64,000 nucleotides of DNA, from the NCBI GenBank assembly GCA_028534125.1, contig CM052832.1, positions 6,822,001-6,886,000 on the forward strand, written 5' to 3'. Position numbers and translations under genes: made by a program. The notes beneath the pieces were generated by a model that was not told the origin of the DNA, ran no database searches, and saw nothing but the letters and a program-made list of their open reading frames with translations. Position 1 is the first letter of the stretch, and the number at the start of each line of letters is the position of its first letter. Of the stretch, positions 50,561 through 64,000 are shown piece by piece. This DNA is from Lama glama. Its lineage: Eukaryota.

Positions 50561-53500
50561 TATTTATTGTGATGAAGTTGAACCATCCATAAAGTAATCA
50601 CTTTTATTTTAAGCACTGCGCCTTAGAGTTAGTAGATATTACAGGTGTTCCGTTAGCTGATCTTAATGTGACAGTGTAACATTGTGGAAGGACTGCTGGT
50701 CAGGAATGTCTGACACAGCTTGGTCAATAATTTACTATGAAATGTGACTGGACCCCAGTTTCCTCCTGTCTGAAATGCAGTCCCTTCCAGCTCTTACAGG
50801 CTTTGACCAGGGTATGTGGCTCCAGCTCTTTCTCAGTGTTATGAGTCTGGCACCATCTAGTATCCACTCCAGGTGACTGCTTGATAGTGATTAGAATCGC
50901 CAGATTTGGGTGTGGTTGGAAGGGCCAACAGGAGACCAACATTCCTTTTCACCCTCAGCTCACGTGAGACATGTTCCTTGGAAAGCATCCTCAGAGTCTG
51001 CCTCCGATATGGGGCTCACAGGGTCTCCATGCAGAGTTGCACAGGTTGTGCACTGAGTAAAATTAGGGGGCACCATTCACAGAAAATGTAAATGGTGTCC
51101 TTCTGAAGTCAGGCAACAAAAGAGCCCTGGTGGATCTTTTTTAGACTCATAGCCTGGAGTATTTTTTTCTAAAAGAGTAACTCCCTATAATTTGGTTCAG
51201 TATAATGGAAAGTCACAGAATTGTTAGTAGAAATTGTTATTATTGCTGTATCACAGAAACCTAATGCTGTTCTAGGGGTCATGGTCTCCAAAATAGAGTA
51301 TCCAACATAATCCATGGGGTGTTAGAATACTGTAATTAGAATAAGAAATATTAAGCAATATTTCTATTAATTTAACCTAATTTTTATCCAAAATGTAAAT
51401 ACATTTTGTATAATGACTATCTATTTTTCACTTATTTATTCATTCAACTGACTATCTGGATATGTCCGAGAATTTAGATCCTTGATTTCATACAGACAAA
51501 TTTCTGGAAGAAGCTAGCCAGTGTGACGTTGATGCATACATTATTATCTGTATGTGTACCTAGTTACTTCGTATTTGGTAGGGAGGAGGGATAATGTGGG
51601 TTTAGCACAACGTTTTTTGATTGATGTTGTTTTAGTATAGTTCACAATTTAAAAAAAAAGTATTTGTGTGGTCTGCTTAGCCTGGCTGGACTACACAAAA
51701 GTTCTACATTTAGATGTCTAGAAATAGCTGGAGCCCTGCAAGGGGCTTCCTGTTCAGGACCCCTAGGATGTCCCGATGTCAGCAGTAAGGACACGTCAAA
51801 TAAATCCCTGGAAACGTTTGTAAGAAAGTGCGACTCAGAGCCTGTTGCATATACCCAATTGTCTGTCCTTTCATGGAACCAATGAAGCATATTACAGTGG
51901 AACAGTGGGCAGGTTTGAACAAAGATTTCTGTTCTTGTTATAATGTCTACTTAATTAGGGTGCTGGGAACACAGTCAAGTCCCAGTTTTATTCAAAATCC
52001 TTTTCTAGGTGCCCATGTGAACTAGTTTGCTCTGTGAATCAATGTCATCATTCAAAGATGTCGAAGCCCAGTGCTACGACAGAAAGATCGGAAACTAAAT
52101 AGTTAAGAAACTTGCCCAAAATTAGTAGCAAAGCCAGGGCTTTGACCAACCCCCAACCCTGCCACCCCATCCGGGACACTTTTCTCCATGTTGGCATTCC
52201 TGGCCTGGGGAGCTGGATGTTCGTGAACATGCTATAGGAGACTCATTCTAAAACTCTTTGCAAATCTTTTTGGGTGGAAGATGATCTCAGGAGGGTCCCT
52301 CAGTGTTGTCTGTCTCTGTGATGCATCTTGCTGCTTTTCCTGGGTTCCCACCCCTTATGTCTCCGTATGGGAGCAGGGAGAGGGACTCAGAGCCGCCCAG
52401 CTTCTCCTTCCCTTTTCGTGGAGTCAGCCGCTTGCTCTTTGCCTTGTAGCATCTCGAGAAACCATGGGAAGAGACCCTCCCCAAACAGTAATAAGGATGC
52501 TTGACCTGACTCATCATGGGGGGATTATGTCAGCTCTGAAAAGGAAGGCGGTGCGATATTCTGAAATAAACACCCCAAATTAGAGCCACCTGTTTTCCAG
52601 GGGACATTTCGAACGTTTTTTCCCCCTAAGGGACTGCAAACTTAATGACGATTCACCCACAACTCGTCCCACCCCCTTGGTGGCAGTGTCACCAACTGTC
52701 CAAACTAATTTCATTTACTGCGCTCAGAGGGGATGTTCGAGCCAAAGGACTTAAGGATTCTCAGGGCAGCTGGTGTAAAGCAGTGGAAGGAACAGCCTGT
52801 GGAAACAGAGCCGCCAGAGCTAAGTCAACGTGTCCCCGTTCCTGGGCCTGCCTTTGTGTTTCTGCATCGAACATAATTGACCAAACACTGTTCTGTCAAT
52901 AGACGTAGAAAACAAAGCAAACACAGTGACCAGGAGAAGGTGAGTAGTGTCAACATGGGGAGAAAGAACATCAATTGACTGGGATGAGGCTGCCAGTCAG
53001 AATCCTGACTCCCGTGTTTTGAAGGATAACCCGCAGACTGCCAGCCCCTCGAGGGCAGGGATGATGTCTTGCTGAGCTCCGCGACGCGGTGTCCTGTGGG
53101 GTGCTGGGCTCGTGGTCCCGGGCTCCATGAATGTTGGGCAAAGTGAACAGAGCCCTCAAGTAGCCTTCACCTACCTGGTGGAGGGAAGTCTGACCTTGGA
53201 ACAAAATTGCAAATCGGATACTTAGTGCCTCTGCTTTGTTGCCGACACGATCAAGTCCACCGTTGCACATCTCATACCTGGCCTCTGTCCTGCCACCGAC
53301 CACCTAACAGCCTCTCTGGTCCTGTCTCCCACCACACCCTGCTCACTCACTATGCCCCAGGAGTGCTGGGCTCCCCAGAAGTCAGATGCTGTTCTGTCTC
53401 ATCTGGCCTTGCCCACACTAATTCCTTGCCTATAACATCTTCTCCCCTCTGTTGTCTGAGCAGCTCCTCACCTCTCTGGCCTCATATTTTCTGGGATGCC

Positions 53501-53654
53501 ATCTCTGAACCTCCAGGTGGTCCTGGGTGATACTCCCTCAGTGCTTACCTCCATCTTAGCACTTGTCACCTAATATTACAAACCCCTAGTCCTCACTAGA
53601 CTGAACGCCCAGAGGGAGTGTGTTCTCCAGCCCTGTCTTACTCACCTCTGTTTG

Positions 53655-54172
53655 TGTTAGAGAGTCTAAACTCATTCTGCTTGCAACACGACAGGCCAAT
53701 AGATCAGGAGACGAGGTTTAGGGCAAGGAATAACCATTTTATTTGGAAAGCCAGCAGATTGAGAAGATGGGGGACTAAAGCCCTAGAGAACCATCTTCCT
53801 CAAGTCAGAGTTCAGGTTCCTTTTATACTAAAAAGGGGGAGACGGTGTGGTTGGTTGTTGCAAACATCATGGTGTCGGAACCGTTTGTCTTTGCAGCTGT
53901 CCACGTAGGTCAGGTGACGATGTTCCTGCAAACCTCCAACAAGACAAGTGTTATTCTCTGTTCTGCAACTTTTTATCTCTGTATGAATGGAAAACTGTTA
54001 CATCCTTGAGGGCCAGAACCTTGAGAATGGGCTGTCCTATATATTGCAGGGTTTAGACAACATTGTTTTCCAGAAAGGGCAGAACCAGCACGAAGAAGCC
54101 CTGGAAACAGCACAGGGTTAGAGCCAAAGGGACAGATCCGATATGGAGTCAGATGTGTTTTTCCCTATTACG
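53655..54172 (-). mobile_element. ERV1-class solo LTR (same family as 27568-28101)
   Basis: Reverse-complement similarity along its length to the 27.6 kb LTR; perfect 4-bp TSD tttg (53651-53654, 54173-54176). Confidence 0.88.
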
Positions 54173-55229
54173 TTTGTACTCCCGCCGTTCGCGTGGAGGC
54201 TGACCCGTAGTCGAGGCTCACAAGTACTTGTCAAGTTGAATTAAACTGAGCTGGTTATGGGAAGAACCGTGAAGTTCTGTTTTGAAGGAAATGCTTATTA
54301 AGTGTATTCTGGGAAGTGAGGTCAGCATTCAAGCAAAAAGCTCACGTGTCCCTGCACCCCTGATATTTGACTTTGAGGTAGGGATGGGTGGATGGCCAGT
54401 CATGGTGAGAAGTCAGCTGATTTGGGGGAAAAAGAGAAGGGGACAGTCATATTTACTGAAAGTTTTTTTTAAATCTCATTCTGTGTTAAAGTCACCTGCT
54501 TTACTGAAATTCTGTCTGTAATAGGACTTCAGAGGTAGGTCCCCATCTGGATTCTGACATTGACTAATCATGCCATGTTGGGGAAGTCATTTGCCTTCTC
54601 TGAGCCTCAAATGTCTTAACTGTAAAGTAAACAGTTGTACGAGTGGAGCCCATGAGCCCCTGCTGGTTCTAACCTTTCGAGTGCGGAAGTCTCACTGTCC
54701 CCTGTGGTAAAAATCATCTTCCTCCCAGGGGACCGCATTTCTCTCAGCTTAAATGTATATTATCACAGGCTCTCTGAACTGTATACAGCAGCCCTGTGAC
54801 TTGGTAAATGAGGGGAAAGGGAGATAGTGAGTCATAAAGAAAAAGAGGTTTTCACTCAGAAACAAGATTTTGACTCAGGCCATGTTGAATAGCAGCAGGT
54901 TTCGAAGCCCGGTTGACTCTGGTCCCTTTTTGAATAGGTTTACCATTTGCATGGTTCAAAATTTGAAAGGTGCAAAAGATAGTGTCTCCCCTACCGAGCC
55001 CCATCAGATGTCCTGTTTCCATTTTTTCAAGGAATTGTCACCATTTTCTAATGGTGATTGATTCTTAAAATGTCACGTATTTGCGTCCTGAGACATGTTA
55101 CAAATACAAGTATGTTTGTGCAAATATATGTATGTTTGTATGTCTGTGTACTCGAGATGACCTTTTTTCCCCTTTTATTTAATACAGGTGGTATTCTACT
55201 ACACAGCCTATCCTGTAGCTCCTTTTTGT

Positions 55230-56370
55230 GGAAGTCAGTTTTGTTGGGGCATCCTTTCCATACACTAAACTCAGCAATTTTAATTGTACACATCAGTGAG
55301 TTTTGAACAAACATGTTCAGCTGTGTAGCAGCCATCACAATCGTGATACGGAACGTTTCTGTCACCTCAGAAAGTTCCCTCTTGGCCCTTCACCTCCCAC
55401 CCACCTCCAAATCCTGGAAACCATACTTCTTCTTTCTATCACTATAGTTTTGCCTTTTCAGAAGTATCATATAAATAGAAGTAAACTCCGTGTAACCTCT
55501 GGTGTGTGGTTTCTTTCACTTAGCATAAAGCGTTTGAATTCATCCATGCGGGTACGTACATCAGCAGGATGTTTCTTTTTACTACTGAGTCGTATTCCAT
55601 TGTATGAAAATACCGCAATTTGGTCGTGCATTCGGTGGTTGATGGACACTTGGGCTCTTTCCCAGTTTTGGGCTGTTATTAATAAAGTGGCTATAAACAT
55701 TCACATGTAAGCTTTTGTGTTGATTATGTTTTTATTTCTCTTGGGCGAATACCTGGGGGTGGAATTATTGGGTCATGTGGTCAGTGAATGTTTAACCTTA
55801 TTTTAAAAAATTTCAAATTACTTTCAAAGTGGCTGTCAGAATTTAAATGAGATTTCTGGTTGCTTCTTCTCCTGCACTTGGTATTGTCAATCTTTTAAGT
55901 TTTTGGTGTATTGATTAGTGTACAGTCTTTCACTGCAGCTTTAATTTACATTTTTCTAACCACTAAGGATGTGAAGCGTCTTTTCATGTACTTACTAGCC
56001 ATCATTAGCTCTTCTTTGATGAAGTATCTATTCAAATATTTTGCTCATTATTATTTTAGCGTTGCTGTATTACTGAATTTTAAGAGTTTCTTACATAGTC
56101 AAGATACAATTTCCTTATCAGACAAGTATTCTGCAGATAGTTTACAAAGTGGCTTGACTTTTCATGTGTCTTTTGAAAACCAAAGGTTTTGATTTTGATG
56201 AAGTCCATTTGCCAATTTTTTTCTTCTATGATTCGTGTTTTTTGTGTTTTTATCTAAGAAATGATTAACCCAAGATCACGTAGATTTCTCCTATATTTTC
56301 TTCCAGAACTTTTTCAGCTTTAGGCTTTATATTTAGTTCTATGATCCATTTTGGGTTAATTTTCCACAGG
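55230..56370 (-). mobile_element. Old L1M (L1MB/MC-like) 3' region
   Basis: Minus-strand remnant MFIATLLITAQNWE; ttccagttttgggctgttatt; tttagttctatgatccattttgggttaatttt. Confidence 0.8.
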
Positions 56371-57559
56371 GTGCAAAATATGGATTGTATCCATCTGTCT
56401 CTGTATCCTTCTGTAGCTCCATCCTTTCTGGTATTTAGATCTGTGAATTCTAGCTGCCTAAAAACTCCATCCTGACCAGAAGTAGAGATTTTCAGAATTA
56501 ACTCTAAGATCCCCATTTCTCTTGAGTTGCTTCTCTTTTTTTCCCCAAATGGTGGCCCCTTGAAGTTGAGTCTGAGTTGCAGTTTGGAATACAGTCATAA
56601 AGCTATACTGGACTGAAGTCCAGTGATGATCACATTGAAGTGATATTGTGGGAGATGCCATCCCTAATATTTTGACCTTCAGGCAAAGGTTGCTTGCTGA
56701 CCTGCCTTCTTTCCATTTTCTTTGAAGACTATGTTGTCTTTTGCAAAGTCTTTATTTTGTACCTTAAGTTCTGAGTAATGAGGCAACAGGAAAACAGATG
56801 TCCCAGCTAATCATTCACCAACATAAGTCAAAATGCAATGGCATTTTCTCATCTTTCGACCTCTTACTGCTCAATCATCTGGTGATTCCATGAGTTCCCT
56901 TGAAAAAGTGGACTTTACTGCTATGAAAAAGGGAATCCTATTTTTAAGCTACCTTCCAATACCCAGGCCCAAAGTGTCCAGAATGGATTTGTGTATAAAG
57001 TGTATTGTCTACATGGGAAAATGCAGTGACTGGCAGCTCTGCTTCCCGGATGACACGCCCTTAAAAATATGAGATGAATTTCAGCTCTGAAATCAAGTGT
57101 TTTGTGTGATCTTGTGAGGACAAAGATTGGAAACCTGGGCTTTAAGCCATGCCCCATTTTTATGCTTTATAAGCAGAGCCTTCCGCATCCTTTCCTGAGC
57201 CTGTGGGTTTGCAAAAGTGCCAGGCCTATCAGGAGCTGTCAGTCATCCATCACTGCCAGGGCTTGGTGCACAACAGTAACATGGCAACAGCCGAAATAAA
57301 CAAGAGACTGCATTGTTTGGGAAACCACTAATGTTCTGAGGTTTCAGTGATAACAATTGCACAATAAATATGTAGGGTGGTAATGAATAACTGACATGAA
57401 GGCCTTCTGTTAGTTGGAACACAACTGAATTCTTTTCCCCCTCTACATAAATATTTTTGTCCTGTTCTCCTGCAGTGGCAAGGAAGGAAAGAAATTGGTG
57501 GATAGTCTTTTTATATTTACAATAGCAACCCTCTGTAAACTGGCTTGGTTCTTCTAGAA

Positions 57560-57992
57560 CTGTGCTTTTCAAAACACTAGGCATTAAAAGAATATGAAGA
57601 GGAATATACACATATATATGTAACTGAATCACTGTGCTGTACACCAGAAATCTACACAAGATTGTAAACTGATTGTATTTCATTAAATAAATAAATAAAT
57701 AAATAACACTAAAATGAAAAAATAAATAAGAGAAGAATTAATTAAAAATTTAATTGTCCAGTCTATAAAAAGCTCTAAAGTTATATTTAAAAAACCCCAA
57801 ACTCTAGGTATTAGCCCCATGTGGCTATTTAAATTTAAGTTAAGTGAAAAAAATATTGAAAATTCAGTTTCTTATTCATGCTATCTGCATTTCAAGTGCC
57901 CAACAGTCATATGTCGCTGCTGGTTATTGTATTGGAAAGTGCAGCTTCAGAACACTTCTGGCATCACGAAGGTTCTACAGGACTGTGCTCCG
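57560..57992 (-). mobile_element. MER3-like hAT element interrupted by an L1 3' fragment (57587-57798)
   Basis: MER3 motifs catgtggctatttaaattt...aaaattcagttt...catttcaagtgc. The insert has an L1 tail (aactgaatcactgtgctgtacaccagaaa) and a long A-rich tail. Degenerate TSD aaacactaggcatta / aaactctaggtatta. Confidence 0.75.
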
Positions 57993-60809
57993 GTAGGGTG
58001 ACCTGGCCTCAGCCGTGGCATGAAGACCAGCCAGCTACGTGGTCAGAGGCCCCTCTCTGGGTCTTTAGTCTCTTGTCTGAAAATAAGAGGTTGAGTGATT
58101 GGGCTTACTGATGCGGAAGATCGGTCATGCCCACAAAAGAAAGAAATCACCAGTGAAAGTGATTCATATCAAAACATAGTATCTGAGCTACAAGTTCACA
58201 ATAATCAATCAGTTTAAAATGCTAACTGTTTAGGCAAAGCTCTGCAACTCAAAACCAGCCCCTGGGAATCTCAGGAAAGCTGTCAATACCCATTGGCCAC
58301 GCTCAGGCCCGTTGAGGGTCTGTCTGTGTATAAAGCTGCAGTGACCGTGAGGACTGAAGATGCTGCCCCACCAGTCACTTGGGCCGAATGGAGCATCAAG
58401 CCTGGAACCCAGACACAGAGAGCAGGGTCCTTCTCCTCAGTCAAAACAACTTAAGCCGTGTTAAAGCCTTAAAGCCAGGAGGGTTATCTGGGGATGAGGG
58501 AGGGAACTGCTTATTCAGAAAGTATGGGGGTGAAGGTTGAGCAATTCCCTGGTAAGTGTGGGGATTTCTTATTCCATAATAAGCATTTTATTGCTGGAAG
58601 AATGAGCTCAGGTCGATTGCCTGCTCCTTCCAGTGTGTCCCTTTAATCCATCTCCAATAAACAGGCTGGTGAGTTTTTATTGAGCCTGTGCACTGCACTT
58701 GGTGTGCAGACACTGGGAGAGAGAGAAAAGCAGTGTAAGATGGGGGCCTTTTCTGTGAGGCTCTGACCGGCTGGATTCCTTCAGAAGGAAGGATTAACAC
58801 CCACCGTGAAGCATTGAGAAGTTAATACAAGAGTTGAGGAAGAATCAGTTGCCAGGACACAGGAAGCACGGTTTCAAATAAGTACTGAAGGTGTTCGGAG
58901 TTGGAGGAGGACTGGACTTATCAGAGAGGGCTTCATGGGAGAAGCAGACCTTAAACTCTGAAGAAAATGTAGGCACAGGAGTGGCAGATGGGACCAAGGA
59001 CGAGACACCAAGGCTCAGCAGTCATGTCATCCTTCTCCGCGCTCTGTCGCTGGAAGGCAGTTCAGCATCATGGCTTACAGTAGACAGCCTGGTGCTAGAG
59101 ACTGTGTGAGTCTCATCCTGGTCCTGTCTCTTATTAGCCGTGCAGTTTTGGGCAATTTATTTAAACTTTCACTGGATTATGATGCGGATGAAACAAGTCT
59201 GTACAGCTACAAGTCTTAACGTATGAAAGAAGCGTTCTGTAACCATTAGCGTGCCCACCCCCACTCCAGTCTCTTTTTCTCAGGGCTTATGTGTTTTCAT
59301 AAGTACATTGAATGTCTCTTCTTTTAATAGCAGCCTCAATAATTTGTATTTACTTGATACTTTCATCATTCAGTCCATTTGGTTTCCCTGAGTTTTAATT
59401 TTTGTAATAAATAAATATACCCTATTTAGGTAAAACCAACCCACAGAATTGTCCTGGTGAATGCCTCAGTTTTTCTTATCAAAAAACTCATGTCATCAGA
59501 GCCCTAGGTTGGAGCCACCTAATCACCAAATTTGAGGCTGGGTCTGAATGTGTTTCCCAGGGTCATACCTAAAATATATGAGAAACTATTTAGTTTAGGA
59601 AGACTGTGTCAGTGTCAGTGTTCTTCTCTACCAGACTCCAAACTCCGTGAGGACAAGGACTGGGCCTTGTTTATCCTTGGATGCCCAGCCCGCATCTTGA
59701 ATAGTGCATGCCGTCTCCTAGTTGGTCCATGGCACCTGAATTAAACTGACTTCTTTTTGTAAAACAGGCCACTGATGCTTAACTCCCACTGGCTCCTACA
59801 GGATGACATAATTCAACTCCATTCATTTCAACACATTTAATGAGTGTCCCCTCTGTGCCTGGCTTCATGCCAGATGCTGGGATCCAGCTGTGAACAAGTC
59901 AGGCACAGTCCCTCCCATCATGGAGTTAATGAGAACAGTCTATCATCTCCTTGCTTCTCCTAAGGGAAAGTTACTCCGGGAAATGCAGAGGAAACTTGGG
60001 GAGCATTTCACTGTCCTTACAACTCAGGACACAGCACCTCTGGCAAGGAAAAACAACATTGAATTCAACCTGGATTATGATTGACCTGACATGTTCCCAT
60101 TCCCAGGAGTGGCTGAGCTGTGCCGTTTAAAGATGCTGGAGGGCGTGTGGACCAGGATGTGATGATGGGGTGACTCTGGTTTGCCCAAGGTCTCAGGGGT
60201 TTTGCTGCATGAGATGAGGGAGGAATAGAATTTCCAAGCCTTGCCTTCTAATCTGGCTCCTTTTTGCTTCTTATTGTGACCTCATCATGGCATTTATATT
60301 TCCTATGAATTTTAACCCCCCTGTATGAGTTAGATACTTCATATAGCAGAATTATACAGTAAGTTTCACCACTTTTAAAAAGAGGATAACAGTATCTTCC
60401 TTGTAAGCTGATTGTGAGGATTCCAACTAGACATGGAAAGCATTTCACACATGCACAGAGCAGGTACTCAATAAAGGACAGCTATCAATTTTAACACGTC
60501 AAAGATGCTGTGTTAGGTACTGTAGGAGCCACAAAGATGAATGAGACACAGTCCCTGCCTTCAAGGACCTTCAGCTCACTAGGAAAGATTTCATATTTAC
60601 AAGTAACTATTCCTAAGTCAAAAAGTGAACATTTTCGAAAGAAAATTACTGACAATATTATTTGGGAATTTAGACAAGGAAGATATTATTACTGGACAAG
60701 AAGATCAGTGACAACTTCACAGGAAAGAAAACATTTCTTAGAAGGATTTAATCCAATGGAAATAGCGAAAGGGACACTCTGTGAAGAAGTAGTGCATGTG
60801 CATGGATAT

Positions 60810-61167
60810 TGTATCAGTCAGCTCAGGCTGTGTAACAGAACACCACAGACTGGGAGGCTTAACAACAGACATTTATGTTCTCACCATTCTTGGGGCTAGA
60901 AATCTAAGATCAAGGTGCAAGCATGGTAGATCTGGCAATAGCTCTCTTCTTGGGTTGGCAACCTTCTCACTGTGCCATCACAGGGAGGAGAGAGAGCTCT
61001 CTGGTGTCTCTTCATATAAGGACACTAATCCTATCAGATCAGGACCCCACCTTTATGACTTCATTTAACCTTAATTACTTCCTTAGTGGCCTCATCTCTA
61101 AATACAGCTACAGTGGGACTTAGGACTTCAACATATGAATTTTGGGAGGGTACATTCAGTCATAACA
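60810..61167 (-). mobile_element. MaLR solo LTR (MLT1A-like)
   Basis: tgtatcagtcagctcaggctg...cattcagtcataaca; 5-bp TSD gatat/gacat. Confidence 0.85.
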
Positions 61168-63694
61168 GACATGGAGATTGAAAATACCTTTATAGGGAAG
61201 ATTCCATGATATTGTTTGGATGGAGCATAAGGAAGCTGAAGGTGGAGGCATGGGAGAAACACAATTACACCTTGGGTTTGCCCTGGATTACAGAATGCAT
61301 GGATTGACAGATAAGACTTTTAGAGGGCATTTCATCTGCAGCAGGGAGTATCTGAGGATTTTAAATTAGCAAGTTGCAAGGTCAGAATTATGCTTTGGGA
61401 AGATGATTTTGGCAGTGGTGGGTTTTACAGCCAGTCTTGCCCTTATTCAGTTTTGGGGGCAGAGAAGGAGGCAGATCAAATACATGGTTCAGAATCACCC
61501 AACAGACCTTCCAAGATGCTTTCCTGAATGCCAGTCAGAGCCTTGTTTGACCAGTAATTAAGAACACATGGTTTGGGACACAGAACCTGAGATGCCCTTG
61601 GGAAAAATTAATGCGGAAGAGGAGGCATCTTCCCTGGACCTGCCCTCCACTGAGACTTTCCAAGCATCAATCAATCCCAAAGTGAAACAGTGCCCTTGAT
61701 CTCAGCAAAGAGTTTTGAATGGGAACTGTAGATTCACTGACCAAAATAACTTTGCATGGTTTCTTGCTGACTGCTGGGTACACAGAACATCTACCTGATC
61801 TTGCATTTCATGGAGGTATCCAGTTATGGGAGGCTGTAAATCCTCAGCTCTCATTAGATAGCTCTTCAGGGCAAGATTCCAGAATGGAATGCCTCTGCCC
61901 CGGGTGAAGTCCTCGTCAGCCCCTCCTGAGGCAATAGTCCCATCAGGCACTGCGGGCAACTAAAAATAGCCCCAGTATAAAACCCTCAGCTCCCAGGATC
62001 GCTGGGGAAATAATTTGCTGAGAGAAGCAGCCCAGACTGTGATAAAGCATTGCTTCGTGTTTCCTAAGACAGCATCAGACGTGATGTGTTCCCTGAAGTC
62101 ACTGGTGCCGATCTCAACAATTAAAGTGGGTCTCCTGGGTGAGGTTGAAGGCTGCTTTCTAGTGATGCCAGGCCTCTGAGGAGATTAGCTAGTGGAACTG
62201 CTCTTATACATGAGAACAGTGAGGCCTGCCTTCCCCAGTGCCCTAGCACACGCCAGCCACATACTTTCATTCTTTTCCTTCATTCAGCAGATATTGACTG
62301 ACCGAGGCTCGATCCCTCCCTTCATTCAGCGTCTCCGCTCCAATATCTCCTCCTCACCACCCAGGCCGAGCCCTTCTGCTCTTCCCACATCCCCTGTTGG
62401 CTTTATACCCCTGCCTTGCAGGTCTCTGCTGTAGTCTGCCTGCCCTGCTAGGGTGTTGCCCAGCTGCCGAGGTGAGGACTTTGCCTGTTTGGGGTCTGAC
62501 TCACAACGGTGGTGCTGAGTGTATGGGGTGTCGGGCGGGGCCCTGCCCCCTGTTTTCTCTGTGACTCGTATTAGTTGGGTGTTGTTCTTCTAGACTTTCC
62601 TCTGCTTCTTGTTACTTCTCTCATCTTCTCTCTTTCTCTTGTTTTTTCCTATATTTGAAAGGTTTTCTTTGTTTTCCAGCTCTTCCATTATTTTTATCAC
62701 TTTTGATAGCAGCATTCTTAATTCCTAATAACCCAGGTTTTGTTCTCCACTTGTTCCCTTTTCAAAGCTTCCTGCTGCCCTACGAGGGAAGAGAGACAGA
62801 GGAGGCCAAATCGACCATCCTTACTTCAGGGTGAGCAGGAAGGGAGTGGATCTCCAAATGCCAGGAAGGGAGCATGCACTCTCCCAAGCTCCTCAGGGCA
62901 CTTCCTGTGGAGAAGAACCTTCCATTTAGAGCTTGGAGGTAAATTCCACTTCCAGCTGGGACAGCTGCTCTGAGCCAGACTTCTGGGGAGTCATTTCATG
63001 AGCCCCACGTGACCCATTACAGATTTGGCCAAGTTCAAGCTCACAGCTTCTCTGGGGTCCTGGCAGGAAACATGGCCCCCACCTCCACTGCAGCCCCCCT
63101 GGGGTTTACTCTGGGCTATAATTATCTCTGTCCTCTTTCATGACTCAGTGTGCTCCAAGCTGCCTTCTCTCCTCCAGAAGTTTGTCTCAATCCCTCATGC
63201 ATCGGTGACCCTGTCTCATTTTCTTTATTTGTGTGAAATTATTCCTTTTCATGCCTCTCTGCTGTTGTTTCAGCTGGATCTCAGATGGCTCTGGGCACTC
63301 AAACCTGTCAATAATATTTCATGCACAAGGGTTCCAAGCATAGTTTTTGAATTCTTAAATTGACTAGTGTTTAGATAGGGCTCTTTACTGCAAAACTTCT
63401 CGGCCCTTTCATCTGCAAATATGTACTGCCAAGCTCGAAGAGAGGGTCTGCGCGGAGTATTTCCCAGTTATTTGACTAAGGTTTTCTGGTTTTTCAGGGA
63501 GCTCTTGCCAGGCTTCATGAAATACACTGTGGGAAATACTGGATTAATTTACTGGCATGATACTAGCCCTGGGACTGAAATACATAAGACACCAACAACA
63601 TTTGCTGATGCCTGTGCGAAAAGAGGTTGAGGGGTGGTACCCCACCCCACCCCCGTAATAGATTTACTTCCTGGCTGCGATGCCTAAGCTCAGA

Positions 63695-63918
63695 GGGTAA
63701 GTACAGTGGAAAGAACCCTCAGGCTGAGTTCAGACTAGCAGAACTACCGGGTGCCTTTAGGCAAATTAACTTCTCTGAGCCCCGATTTCCGTATCTGTGA
63801 TAAATAATATGTGCTCTTCCTATTGTGCCAGGCAGTTGTGAGTATCAACAGATAAACTAAACGAGACAGTGTTTTATAGAGTATACGATACTAAACAAAT
63901 ACAAGGAATTATTATTAT
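63695..63918 (+). mobile_element. MIR
   Basis: cagtggaaagaac...aggcaaattaacttctctgagccccgatttccgtatctgtga. Confidence 0.7.
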
Positions 63919-64000
63919 TGTTGTGAAATTCAGTTACCATGTCTCAGGGGTTAGAACGTGAAAGAACATCTGAACATTCTCTGAACATATCACATGGCCG

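Noticed and set aside
47422..64000. Further CLIC5 exons (CLIC5A exon 1, or exon 2 starting AGIDGESIGNCPF)
   Set aside because: No matching translation found by eye or in the ORF track; the region appears intronic, though very short exons could be missed.
1..64000. Prokaryote-type systems (CRISPR arrays, operons, defence islands)
   Set aside because: The sequence is clearly mammalian, with spliced genes and mammalian transposons; no regularly spaced repeat-spacer array was seen.

Overview
Mammalian genomic DNA, probably camelid (inferred from the short tRNA-derived SINEs and the L1 3' ends), covering the ENPP5-ENPP4-CLIC5 neighbourhood. It holds the last coding exon and 3'UTR of ENPP5 (+) and the complete ENPP4 gene (-): a non-coding exon 1 in a CpG island at about 30.1-30.85 kb and three coding exons giving 454 aa. 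It also holds the 3' part of the long-isoform first exon of CLIC5 (CLIC5B, +), whose 5' part lies in a 500-N assembly gap. The rest is intronic or intergenic and rich in transposons: L1s, SINEs, four ERV1-type solo LTRs, MaLR LTRs, a near full-length Tigger1, MER elements and MIRs. I see no evidence for a wholly new multi-gene system. The most interesting items are (i) a full-length U6 snRNA/L1 chimeric retrocopy just upstream of the CLIC5B exon, and (ii) an L1 in ENPP4 intron 1 that keeps its 5'UTR and ORF2 but lacks ORF1, possibly a spliced retrocopy; its antisense strand carries a splice donor and a 218-codon ORF just upstream of the ATG-bearing ENPP4 exon. Also notable are (iii) a NAGNAG acceptor next to an ENPP4 zinc-ligand His and (iv) a candidate bidirectional ENPP4/CLIC5 promoter. 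Repeat family names and comparisons with human proteins come from recall, not from searches.
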